From Spironucleus salmonicida (Eukaryota), in contig NC_090601.1 of assembly GCF_000497125.1 (NCBI RefSeq), positions 1-64,000 of the forward strand: DNA of 64,000 bases, given 5' to 3'. The position numbers and the translations under genes were made by a program. Under the pieces are notes generated by a model. The model saw nothing but the letters and a program-made list of their open reading frames with translations, searched no databases and was not told the DNA's origin. Shown in pieces: positions 39,201 to 50,890 of the stretch (within the stretch, counting starts at the first letter, position 1; every line of letters starts with the position of its first letter).

Positions 39201-42200
39201 AGCCACACTCTCGCTGACCTCGCTTTGGCAAAACTCATCCTGCGAGTCGTCGTTACCATTTAAAACTCATCCATCCCTATGCTTCTGTCTTAAGCAGCAT
39301 ACCGGGTGAGACTGCAAAATACCATTTTTGATAGATTATGCATCATCCGGGTATTAAAGATATAATACAATCAGTATTCGGCATAACCTGTGCTTGTACT
39401 CTACTAGTGAGAATACCCTTCTTAGTGTACTGTGCACCTGGGCTCATAGGTGAATATATATTATTAAGCATAGTAATGTATTATATAAATACAATAGTAA
39501 TATACTAAATATCCTTATAGGCACCACTCCCAATGCATACATACTACTAAACTCCATTTAAGATATTACTATATATACTATAGTATTGTATTGTCGTCAA
39601 GCACTATCCCAGTACCACTCACGCCTGCCGTGGTGCTGTCTATGGAAATACTTGGGGTCCAGTACTAGTGGTACCCACTTCACTAGCAGCCACCTATGCC
39701 AAATATGAAGGTTAAGCCATTATTCACTATGCCAACAGCATCGACTCAGCCTCGTAGCACCAAAATGTGGAAGGCCTAAGCTAGCATAATCTCAGTCCTG
39801 TTCTTAATAAATTATGATATTGCTACCTCGCTGGGTCCTGACTACCAGCTAGCGCCATCTCGTCACCCTGATAGCCACACTCTCGCTGACCTCGCTTTGG
39901 TAAAACTCATCCTGCGAGTCGTCGTTACCATTTAAAACTCATCCATCCCTATGCTTCTGTCTTAAGCAGCATACCGGGTGAGACTGCAAAATATCATTTT
40001 TGATAGATTATGCATCATCCGGGTATTAAAGATATAATACAATCAGTATTCGGCATAACCTGTGCTTGTACTCTACAGGTGAGAATACCCTTCCTAGTGT
40101 ACTTTGTACCTGGGCTCATAAGTGAATATGTATTAGTAAGCATAGTAGTATATTCTATAAATACAATAGTAATATACTAAATATCCTTACAAGCACCACT
40201 CCCAATGCATATATACTACTAAACTCCAATTAAGATATTCCTATATATACTATAGTATTGTATAATCATCCAGCACTATCCCAGTACCACTCACGCCTGC
40301 CTTCGTGCTGTCTATGGAGCTACTTGGGGTACCGTACTAGTGGTACCCAGTTCAGTAGCAGGCAGGTATTACACATAGAATATACAAACAGTCTTCGGCA
40401 TAACCTGTGCTTGTACTCTACTAGTGAGAATAGCCTTCTTAGTGTACTTTGCACCTGGGCTCATAAGTGAATATATATTAGTAAGCATAGTAGTATATTC
40501 TATAAGTACAATAGTATATGCTAAATATCCTTATAAGCACCACTCCCAATGCATATATACTACTAAACTCCAATTAAGATATTCCTATATATACTATAGT
40601 ATTGTATTGTCGTCAAGCACTATCCCAGTACCACTCATGCCTGCCTTCGTGCTGTCTATGGAGCTACTTGGGGTACCAGTACTGGTGGTACCCACTTCAC
40701 TAGCAGCCACCTATGCCAAATATGAAGGTTAAGCCATTATTCACTATGCCAACAGCATCGACTCAGCCTCGTAGCACCAAAATGTGGAAGGCCTAAGCTA
40801 GCATAATCTCAGTCCTGTTCTTAATAAATTATGATATTGCTACCTCGCTGGGTCCTGACTACCAGCTAGCGCCATCTCGTCACCCTGATAGCCACACTCT
40901 CGCTGACCTCGCTTTGGTAAAACTCATCCTGCGAGTCGTCGTTACCATTTAAAACTCATCCATCCCTATGCTTCTGTCTTAAGCAGCATACCGGGTGAGA
41001 CTGCAAAATATCATTTTTGATAGATTATGCATCATCCGGGTATTAAAGATATAATACAATCAGTATTCGGCATAACCTGTGCTTGTACTCTACTAGTGAG
41101 AATACCCTTCTTAGTGTACTGTGCACCTGGGCTCATAAGTGAATATATATTAGTAAGCATAGTAGTATATTCTATAAATACAATAGTATATACTAAATAT
41201 CCTTATAAGCACCACTCCCAATGCATATATACTACTAAACTCCAATTAAGTTATTACTATATATACTATAGTATTGCATACTCATCAAGCACTATCCCAG
41301 TACCACTCACGCCTACCGTGGTGCTGTCTATGGAGCTACTTGGGGTACCGTACTAGTGGTACCCAGTTCAGTAGCAGATAGTTATTAAAGATAAAATACA
41401 AGCAGTCTTCGGCATAGCCTGTGCTTGCATTACTAGTGAGAATAGCCTTCTTAGTGTACTTTGCACCTGGGCTCATAAGTGAATATATATTAGTAAGCAT
41501 AGTAGTATATTCTATAAATACAATAGTAATATACTAAATATCCTTATAGGCACCACTCCCAATGCATATATACTACTAAACTCCAATTAAGATATTCCTA
41601 TATATACTATAGTATTGTATTGTCGTCAAGCACTATCCCAGTACCACTCACGCCTGCCGTGGTGCTGTCTATGGAAATACTTGGGGTACCGTACTGGTGG
41701 TACCCACTTCAGTAGCAGGCAGGTATTACACATAGAATATACAAACAGTCTTCGGCATAACCTGTGCTTGTACTCTACAGGTAAGAATAGCCTTCTTAGG
41801 CTACTGTGCACCTGGGCTCATAAGTGAATATATATTATTAAGGGTAGTAGTATATTCTATAAGTACAATAGTATATACTAAATATCCTTACAAGCACCAC
41901 TCCCAATGCATATATACTATGAAACTCCAATTAAGTTATTACTATATATACTATAGTATTGCATACTCATCAAGCACTATCCCAGTACCACTCACGCCTA
42001 CCGTGGTGCTGTCTATGGAGCTACTTGGGGTACCGTACTAGTGGTACCCAGTTCAGTAGCAGATAGTTATTAAAGATAAAATACAAGCAGTCTTCGGCAT
42101 AGCCTGTGCTTGCATTACTAGTGAGAATAGCCTTCTTAGTGTACTTTGCACCTGGGCTCATAAGTGAATATATATTAGTAAGCATAGTAGTATATTATAT

Positions 42201-42585
42201 AGATACAATAGTAATATACTAAATATCCTTACAAGCACCACTCCCAATGCATATATACTACTAAACTCCAATTAAGATATTACTATATATACTATAGTAT
42301 TGCATTGTCATCAAGCACTATCCCAGTACCACTCACGCCTACCTTAGCACTATCTATGGAAATACTTGGGGTACCAGTACTAGTGGTACCCAGTTCAGTA
42401 GCAGCCAGCTATGCCAAATATGAAGGTTAAGCCATTATTCACTATGCCAACAGCATCGACTCAGCCTCGTAGCACCAAAATGTGGAAGTCCTAAGCTAGC
42501 ATAATCTCAGTCCTATTCTTAATAAATTACGGTATTGCTACCTCGCTGGGTCCTGACCACCAGCTAGCGCTATCCTCGCCACCGG
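24230..42585. repeat. Composite subtelomeric satellite array 2 (about 18.3 kb; about 41 X units and 12 full Y units)
   Basis: Same X and Y units as array 1. The 345-bp period is visible in track ORFs at 28366, 28711 and 29056. Order read by eye: partial Y, X6 Y X3 Y X6 Y X Y X2 Y X Y X Y X3 Y X9 Y X2 Y X Y X2 Y X4, partial Y. Confidence 0.95.
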
Positions 42586-45500
42586 CTAAAGCAAACATTA
42601 GAAAGCCAGCTGATACCTTTATGTCCAAACTTCCCAGCCATTTATTCTTACAGGCGTGCTAAGTGCCTACCGGCAGAAGCATACTCCCCATCTAGTATAT
42701 CTGCTTCGCTAAGTTCTACCCATATATTAAATATATGTGATATTGATATGTGAAAGGTAATATAGAATTACTGCTAGTATTACTACTATAAGAACTTACT
42801 ACCAATATTGTACCGAAAGTATTATTTTATAGCAGAATACACTAAGTCCAATATTGTGCTTCCATACCCAAGAATGTAGGACCCAATATCAAAACTTATT
42901 GGCAACCGAGGCATCGTCTTGTACTTAATGAAATAAGAGTTTGCAATAGTTTTGCTGTCTAAAACCATCTATTAACAATTAATCTTAAATAGAACAAATA
43001 GCTTAAATGCACATCTTCATTTCAAGCAAACCCAGGCAAAAGGCTAGCGTGCTATAGGATTATCCTAGGTCATATGTCCATATGTGATTTAGACTCTTGC
43101 TTTTTGATGAGCTTTGACTTCTCTTGGTTGTTGCGTTACTGCTGCAATATAGTGTTGTAAGAGGTATTATCACTATATTATATATTTGCATACAAACATT
43201 ATACTAATTAAGGCTACCCTAGTAATAAATAATTTACATTTGTTGTATAAACGATCTCTTCAAATCATATATAGCATTATATGTTACTTTTATAAGTAAC
43301 ATATTTGAGGCAATGAATCACTAACTCTCGCAGTGTGATCTTGTACCGTCTCGCATTCTTAAGCATCAGATCATAAACCTTACTCGTTGAAATTGATAAG
43401 TAGGTATTTTACTGGTAATCCACTAACTAACTTACTCGAGTGTAGGATATTCACTAAATAGTACTAGCATATTATCTATAATAGTCAATGTAATATGCGT
43501 ATAAAGGATATTGACTGATTATCAAAAATATAAATAGTGTCACTGAGTCATTCTTTAAAAATTTAAATTATATTATTGTATTATATACTATAAAATTATT
43601 TATCATTCTCACTAACAGCCAAAAACTATCATAAATATTATGAGTACTTTTGTTGAATTTATTACGGGTATTAATTTTTAACAAGTTAGCTAGATTTATT
43701 TATATTTGATGTAATGAATTAATAATTGAGTTTTTCACCAAACCGAAGCCGTGAGGGAACTATACCCCTTAACATAATAAACATAGCAGACCAAATATTT
43801 ATTGATTGAATAGCTAAGAAAATTAACAATTTACTCAGTTATGCTATATTAATATTTTTAGTAAGAAGGGCTAAAGTTTCCCTATCGAAACTATAGATTT
43901 GTAAGATAGCACTTTAAATAAAGTAACCAAAAACTGAACAAATTTTGTAATATAATTATGGTATAGCTGTTTGCAAACTCTAACAATATAACTTATTAAT
44001 TTATATAAAAATACTCATTATACAATTGGTTGTGTTATTCGTTCAATGAATACTAATTTTAGCATGTTTCTCCATTAAGATAATTATCATCGTTTCATCA
44101 GTAAAAACATTTAAAACTATCAAACTGCTTTACATTAATACTAGATAATTATACGTTGTGTGAATAAAAATATTAATTTATTCTTACTAATAGATTCAAA
44201 CCTTACATGATGTAACATGAAAATGGTCATTAGTAGTAAATATACTTGAAAAATTAGATATTCAAAATTAACCTGTATACCCAATAATATCAATTTGTAT
44301 TATGAACAAACCATAGTAACTATCATATACTCTTAAGTATTTCGGTGTGCTATGAAATTATGTGCAGTCTTAAACTTGTCTGTTATTCTTATATGCTTTT
44401 ATCATCATCCAAAAATACCTTTTAGACAATTTTAACCTTGATTTGTAGATAGATTAAAGATAAACTCGATATACCCAAATACAGGTAAATATACTAGAGT
44501 TATTTTTATATTATGAAAAGTCTATTGCCAAATTTATATAGAAAATCTCTATTAGTAGTTAAACAACTATATGCGAATATGTGTATGTTTGAAATATAAA
44601 AATGTCAACAGTCATACAATTTCAGGGTTAAAATAATAATTTTTAATTCTTTTGATCTTTATGCTTATATATTTACTATTTATGATAATTACTTGCTACT
44701 ATAAACCATCATAATTTTTCTGTAATTTCTAGAAAATAATAAAGTGTTTTTGATATAAATTAATATGAATATAATATCCGTGTAAATTATCAATATGTAT
44801 GATATTATTATATATGACATAACGGATTATACTATTAAAATATTTATAGTAATCATTTACTACAATTTTTTTAATAAAAGTGCAACTTAAGTAAGAACTT
44901 ATATCACTATTCTATTGTCTTTCCACATACATAAATTAGTTCATAAAATTAATGATAAATTTTAAATAATGTTGTTGAAGAAATACAAATTATTATATCA
45001 TTTCGTAGAACTTTTTGTATTTATTTTTTAATTTCTATATAAATATAATCTTATTATTAGCATCAATATTGCTAAATTTTATATATAGTAATATGAATTG
45101 ATAGTGTTTTATATATGTAATTCGTATCATTTAATTAATATTATCATCATACTTAAAAGGTAACCAATTTAATAAAAATATGTATTTACACAAATAAATA
45201 ACTTTAGTTATTAGAAATTTTTATAAATAATTGGTGATATTATTACTAATTATTATTATTAACAATTTTTAGTGATAGATTGTTTTATTTTTCAAAAAAA
45301 AGTAATCTTTCTTTGAAACTTAATGCTAAATATTATTAGTAAATTCAAAAAAACGTACAATCATTCATATAACAAAATATGTTCTTATTTATTTATTTAT
45401 TTTGCATACGATAAACTATGAAATTAAAACTTTTTAGAATCCATATTAACTTGAAAACCAAGAAGCAAAATGGCTGTTAACTTCTACATGTTAATTATTA

Positions 45501-46078
45501 GTGTAGATAATAATTTGTTCGCATTATAATATAATTTTAAGCATTGGCGAAAGATCATATTTACTCTACGATAACATCGAAATTTTATATCTCCATTTTA
45601 TCATTTACTCTATAAAGTCATAATTTATTGTACTACATTGCTTGAAATTAATATTTATTATATATAAATGTAATTAAGATTATAAAGTAAATGATGATAT
45701 GTGAATATTAAATCTGATTTTTTAGTTAATGAATAGTTTAACTTATTGTAAGGATATTCTAAAACTATCATAAAATATACTCTATTATCTTAAAATATTA
45801 TACCTAATTTAAAACGTTATATTTTAATAAATAGTAATATACATATTAAAACAGTTTAATATTATTTATATTATATTTACTATATTTAAATAAATAATTC
45901 ATTCATGTTCTTCTAAATTAATAATCCCAACACATAAATCACGTAAATATAATGAAATAAACAGCTAAGCGCACCATGTCAATAATACAAGCAAACATCA
46001 CAGTAAATCATTTTATCCCAAAAATTTATATTATTATTTAATTTATATAATATTATTTATATTTAGCCTTTCCGCATA

Positions 46079-48844
46079 ATGACAACTTTCAACATCCTAG
46101 TAGGCTTTGACACGAAATCTGCAAATTTTAAAGCATCCGCATCGCACATTATGACGAAAGCGATAATTGTCGTAGACGAGGACCTTTACTACGAGTCAGG
46201 ATCCGTCATGACCGCGGTCACGAACACGCAGTCTGTCATCGAGTTTCCGTTCCAAATGTTAAAGCCGAACCCGGTTTTGACTCTGCAGTTCACGCTTTTG
46301 GAGCTAACGGACAACCAGCTGGTCCAGAAACATATCATATACTTTCACGCTACCTCGCAGTTCCAGTTCGTTCCAGACCGCCAGATGATTGAGTTCAGGT
46401 CCGGCAAAACAGTGATCATGACGGAGTGCCTGGTCTCGAACTACGAGTTTGACGCTATGACGTGCCTGCCGATTTGCGAGCTGAACTACTAGGACTTCAA
46501 AATGCCGCTTTCCGGATGCCAGTTTAGCACGCATTTTGCGATTGAGGTGCAGACAGAAAATATGAAATTTGTGAAGCATTTGGGGTCGATTCAGGGTGAT
46601 TTGGGCAAGATTATGATACCTTTTGCTAAAGAATTCATCATAAAGCTCGTTTACATAATGAACCTGTACGGCGTGCAGCATGTGGTGACTTTGGCCAATT
46701 CAAAGGTTATGAACTCGCAGGCGTTGATAAAAGGGGCCCTATTTGAGATTAGCGACGTTGATTGTAATTTTGACTCCTAACTTTTCGCTTTAATTGACGT
46801 GTTATGTTTGATCATTTCGCAAGGCGTTGAGGAGTTTAAAGGGCATAATGATAATAAAATTAAAGTTTATGAGAATATTAAGCCTGGGTTTTTATAAAGA
46901 TATGTTTTGTTCAAGAATCCGAAACTATTGGACATAAATTACCCTCGTTTCAACTAGTTGCCACTTTTAGACTATTCTGAAAGCAAAAAAATTTAAAAAA
47001 TACTATAAAATGAACAAGAATTTGTTGATGATTTGGTCGGATTAGCTGCTAATTACGAGCAATTTAAGCTAAATCTATCGATTTTTTTTGTGATTTAAAC
47101 ATTCCCGACGCAAGAAAAATCACAAGAAGTAAACTATACTGATCTGTGTGCAGTTACCAAAAGTGTTGGTTTTGCTGCAGTAAAAATAAAGAGGTAGGCA
47201 GTTGATTTTGGATTTACCCTCATTCATAACAAAGTAATTAACTTGTTTAGTTGTATTTAAAATTTTGATATCGGAACAGGAAATTTGGCAATATGCAAAG
47301 TATAAGACAATAAATAATTTACTTAAATAATGCATAGAGCTAATTATAATTCTGTGATGAAATTTTTGGTGAACAATGCAAAATCCTTTGTAGCAGCATC
47401 AGGAAAAGGTATCAATGTTCATACTATTAGTTATGAGTTAAATTAACCTTATACTATTAAGAATATAATGTTCACAAAATCGTAAATTGAGAATAACGCA
47501 AAACAATCGTTGCCATTTTTGTAGTAATAAATTTCACTAAATGCCTGTTTACGTTTATATGTCTAAGATTTAATTTATTGTGAAAAGAATAAACTTACAG
47601 CCCCCTCAATGCCCGAAGAATCAATATTAGGTGATGAATAAAATGGATCTTAAACTGCTAGAGGTTCTGTATTAGATGACTCACGATAGTCAGTTATTCG
47701 AGGATCTCTCAGCTCGAGAGTTTCATTTGCATAAAGGCAGTTTAATGTACGTTAATTTGATCCAAGAAAGTATATTGACTACTTTGGTTCAAAGGTTAGA
47801 TCAACACAGTTTTGCAATGAACTCTTGAAGACTACAAAAACTCTGAAATAGTTTATTGCAGAAGAGAAGGATAGACTTTAAATCGAGGAAGATAAGCGCA
47901 AAGCTAAAGAGGAGATTAAACGTTAAGAATTGGAGAAAAAGCGTTAAGAAGAAGAGGAGCTTGCTAGATTAGAAGACGAACGTCTTCGTAAGCTTGAAGA
48001 AGAACGATTGGAGCTCGAGCGATTATAGCAAGAAGAAGCAGAGAGACTTCGTTTGTAAGAAGAACAATTAGCAGAAGAAGCTAGATTGGCAGAAGCTGAA
48101 CGAGTAAGATAACTAGAGCAACTAAAACTCATGTAACTAAAGCACAGAATGGGAAAAGGTAATGGTCGATCACCTCGAAAAACTCATAGACCCGGCATGC
48201 CAGTGTTATCTAAAGCAACTGCAAATGTTCATAGAGAAGTAAAAATTGACGAGTCTTTGATCCAACTAAAGCTAGCAAATTCACATAAAATCGACGAGAA
48301 GAATCGCTAAATTGCAATTTTAGTGCAGCAAAATTAGTAGAAATTGCAACAAATTGAGCTAGAATTCGAGGAACAGATGATGTAAATGTAAAGCAAACTG
48401 TAACTAGCTAAAAAGAATTAAAACTACGCAATAAAAAGAATTGTGAATTAGTAAATGATGGAAATTGAAGATTACGAGAAAGAAGAAGAAGAATTCTTAC
48501 TGTAATAAATCAGGATGCGAGAACAACTCGAAAAAGAGCATAATGATGAGATGGATCGCGTCGATTTACAATTTATTAATGATTGCGAAAATGATGAGAA
48601 AGATTTTATCGATCGTAAAATTAAGCGAGAAAAAGACATCACTGGATAGTTTAACGATAAGATGGCATTTAAGGAGAGTATAAGAGCTAAATATTTAGAG
48701 GATCAAAAACTATATGAAAAAGTGGCTAAAACTGCGTCTTAGGGCACTTAAAGAGGCGTTGTTTAGGACGAAGTTTAAGGCGAAAAAGTAGAAATATAAA
48801 ACTAAACTGCATAGCTAGAGAAATTGGTTGCTCCTAAGTAGTGA
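46079..48844 (+). CDS. Hypothetical protein (921 aa): beta-rich N-terminal region and long E/R/Q-rich coiled coil; paralog of 50891-53389
   Basis: Continuous frame under code 6 from ATG 46079 to TAG-TGA 48844, joining track ORFs 46079 and 46502. Contains an EEERLELERLQQEEAERLRL-type coiled coil and shares NFDIGTGNLA with the downstream paralog. Confidence 0.85.
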
Positions 48845-49246
48845 TGATGGAATATATACTAGAATGAGAATATTGATTTTAAATGTTAAAGAACCAGTTA
48901 TTTATTGGGTATTAATGATCAGCCGAAGAAAACACTTAAATAATAATGTAAATAAGTTTAATAAGATGCCTAACAAATGAGGAAATCCATTTATTATTAT
49001 ACTTATTATTGAAGATTATTAATCGTTATTTTATTAAGTTTAGTATTTCAACTATAATCGTCTTTATTTAACATACATATTGCTTTTCAGAGAAAATCAT
49101 TTATTAAAGTTTTTAAATATATTTACTAATTTATGAGAACAAATGGTTTTAATATGTATAAATAATTCTTTAATTTTTAAATATTTTCATATTTTGTTAC
49201 AATTAGTTCTTATAAATAATATTAACATTAAATATTGATTCACAAA

Positions 49247-50671
49247 ATGAAGATAAAACTTCCACTTTCTGTTCAGATTTCATTCACATTTCTTAACTGC
49301 TGTTTTGGGTCTGGACTATTAGCAATACCACAAATTGCTATTAAAATAGGTATCGTCTATTTTATATTATTTAATATCATTGCTGCATTGTTTTCAGGTT
49401 TCTGCTTTGTATTTATCATAAAACAACAAGAAGTAAATAAATGCAGATATAAAACTTTAACAAATATGATATCTGCTCATTATGGTAAATATTGGATATT
49501 TATGTTAGATCTCAGTATTATTTTTTGTTTGCTTCCAGTAAGTTACATAGCCGTATCAGCTGATTCTATAGCTGATGCATTTAGTACACTTTTTGGCCTT
49601 ACTATGCTTAAAGAAAAAGGTTGGAAAATTGGGTTAAAATTTATTTGTACGCTCTGTATAATGTACCCTTTAACATTGCTAAAAACCATTAAACTGCTTA
49701 ATTTTATTTCCAGCTTTTGTATTATTTTCGTGTTTTTCACAGTATTTTATGTCCTAATTTAATTTATTATCTGGTAATCTACCGGTAATATTTTAGGTTA
49801 ACCTCATTCATAGCCAAGATTATAAGTCATGCCCTTAAATAATGACTATTTTACGGTGTTTAGCTTTATATGCATGTTTATGTCTTTATATTCCATGTCA
49901 GCAACAATTCCATGCATTATGAGAGAATATGTTCATGATTTCGGTCTTACTGTTGAATAAACTGTGAAAGAAATAAAGCGAGCCGTGTTTTATATAACAA
50001 TTCCAATTGCATTTACAGTTTATACTGGATTTGGCTTAGTTGGTGTGTTATTATTTAATTCGCATTGCGAAATGGATTAGAGCAATAATTAAATAGATTA
50101 TGGATGTTTTTCAATATAATCTAATGTATTGCTCGCCTTTACGGGTGACATATCGGCAACTGTAATAGAATTGTTATTTTCTTTGGTAGTCTTTGTTTCT
50201 TTCCCATGCATGCTTTATCCTATAAGAAAATCTATAGCTGATTTTTTTAAAATCGATGCCAATGTGAATACAAAGAAAGGATATTTAAAATTTAATCTTA
50301 TTGGTTTTATAGTTACTATAATCTGCCTTATTATCTGCTCATTTTTAAATGGGATTGATGAAATTCAAAGCTTTACTGCTAACCTTTTAGGTATTGTTTT
50401 ATACGGCTTAAGTGGTGTTATGCTATGGTACAAAATCGGTAGAACACCAATTCATTAAATTAACGTCATAGATGATGCAGAATAGGTATTACTTGACGAA
50501 GGTTAAGGAGAATATTCATAGAACCAAGAATAGCCTTTAATAGAAGAATAAATTGTTATATAACCTTAAATTAAAAAGACCCGAACTGTTATATTTTGGA
50601 TAGCTGTTGTAATATTAATAAGTTTGAACTGTTTAGCTTTAGGGAGCTAGGTCTATGGTTGGGTTCGTTGA
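49247..50671 (+). CDS. Amino acid transporter, AAAP/Aa_trans (SLC36/38-like) family, 474 aa
   Basis: N-terminal FTFLNCCFGSGLLAIP motif, PLTLLKTIKLLNFISSF, SFPCMLYPIR and many hydrophobic segments. Track ORFs 49235 and 50129 are joined in frame via TAA/TAG=Gln. Stop TGA at 50669-50671. Confidence 0.9.
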
Positions 50672-50890
50672 ATGAATTTTCTTTAAATGTAATAAAATTA
50701 TGTATGCTGATGTATTATTGAATAAAATGAATAAAGTCTTATTATTATTAAAGATATATTATAAATAATTGAAAATCATTATAAATTTTGTCGCCAGTGA
50801 TGTCCGACGGTAATTCTGTTAATCATTCATGGAAAGACGCAATAAAATTAATTTCATATTTATTTTTATATTATCATATTTTATATATAA

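Noticed and set aside
24230-42585. CRISPR-like array or array of repeated protein-coding genes (track ORFs MLALLVRIAF…, MHTHQALSQY…, MHSSLRRLF…)
   Set aside because: There are no unique spacers; whole units repeat. Unit lengths vary by 1-3 nt and break frames, most ORFs start at non-ATG codons, and variants show no codon-position pattern. This is non-coding satellite.
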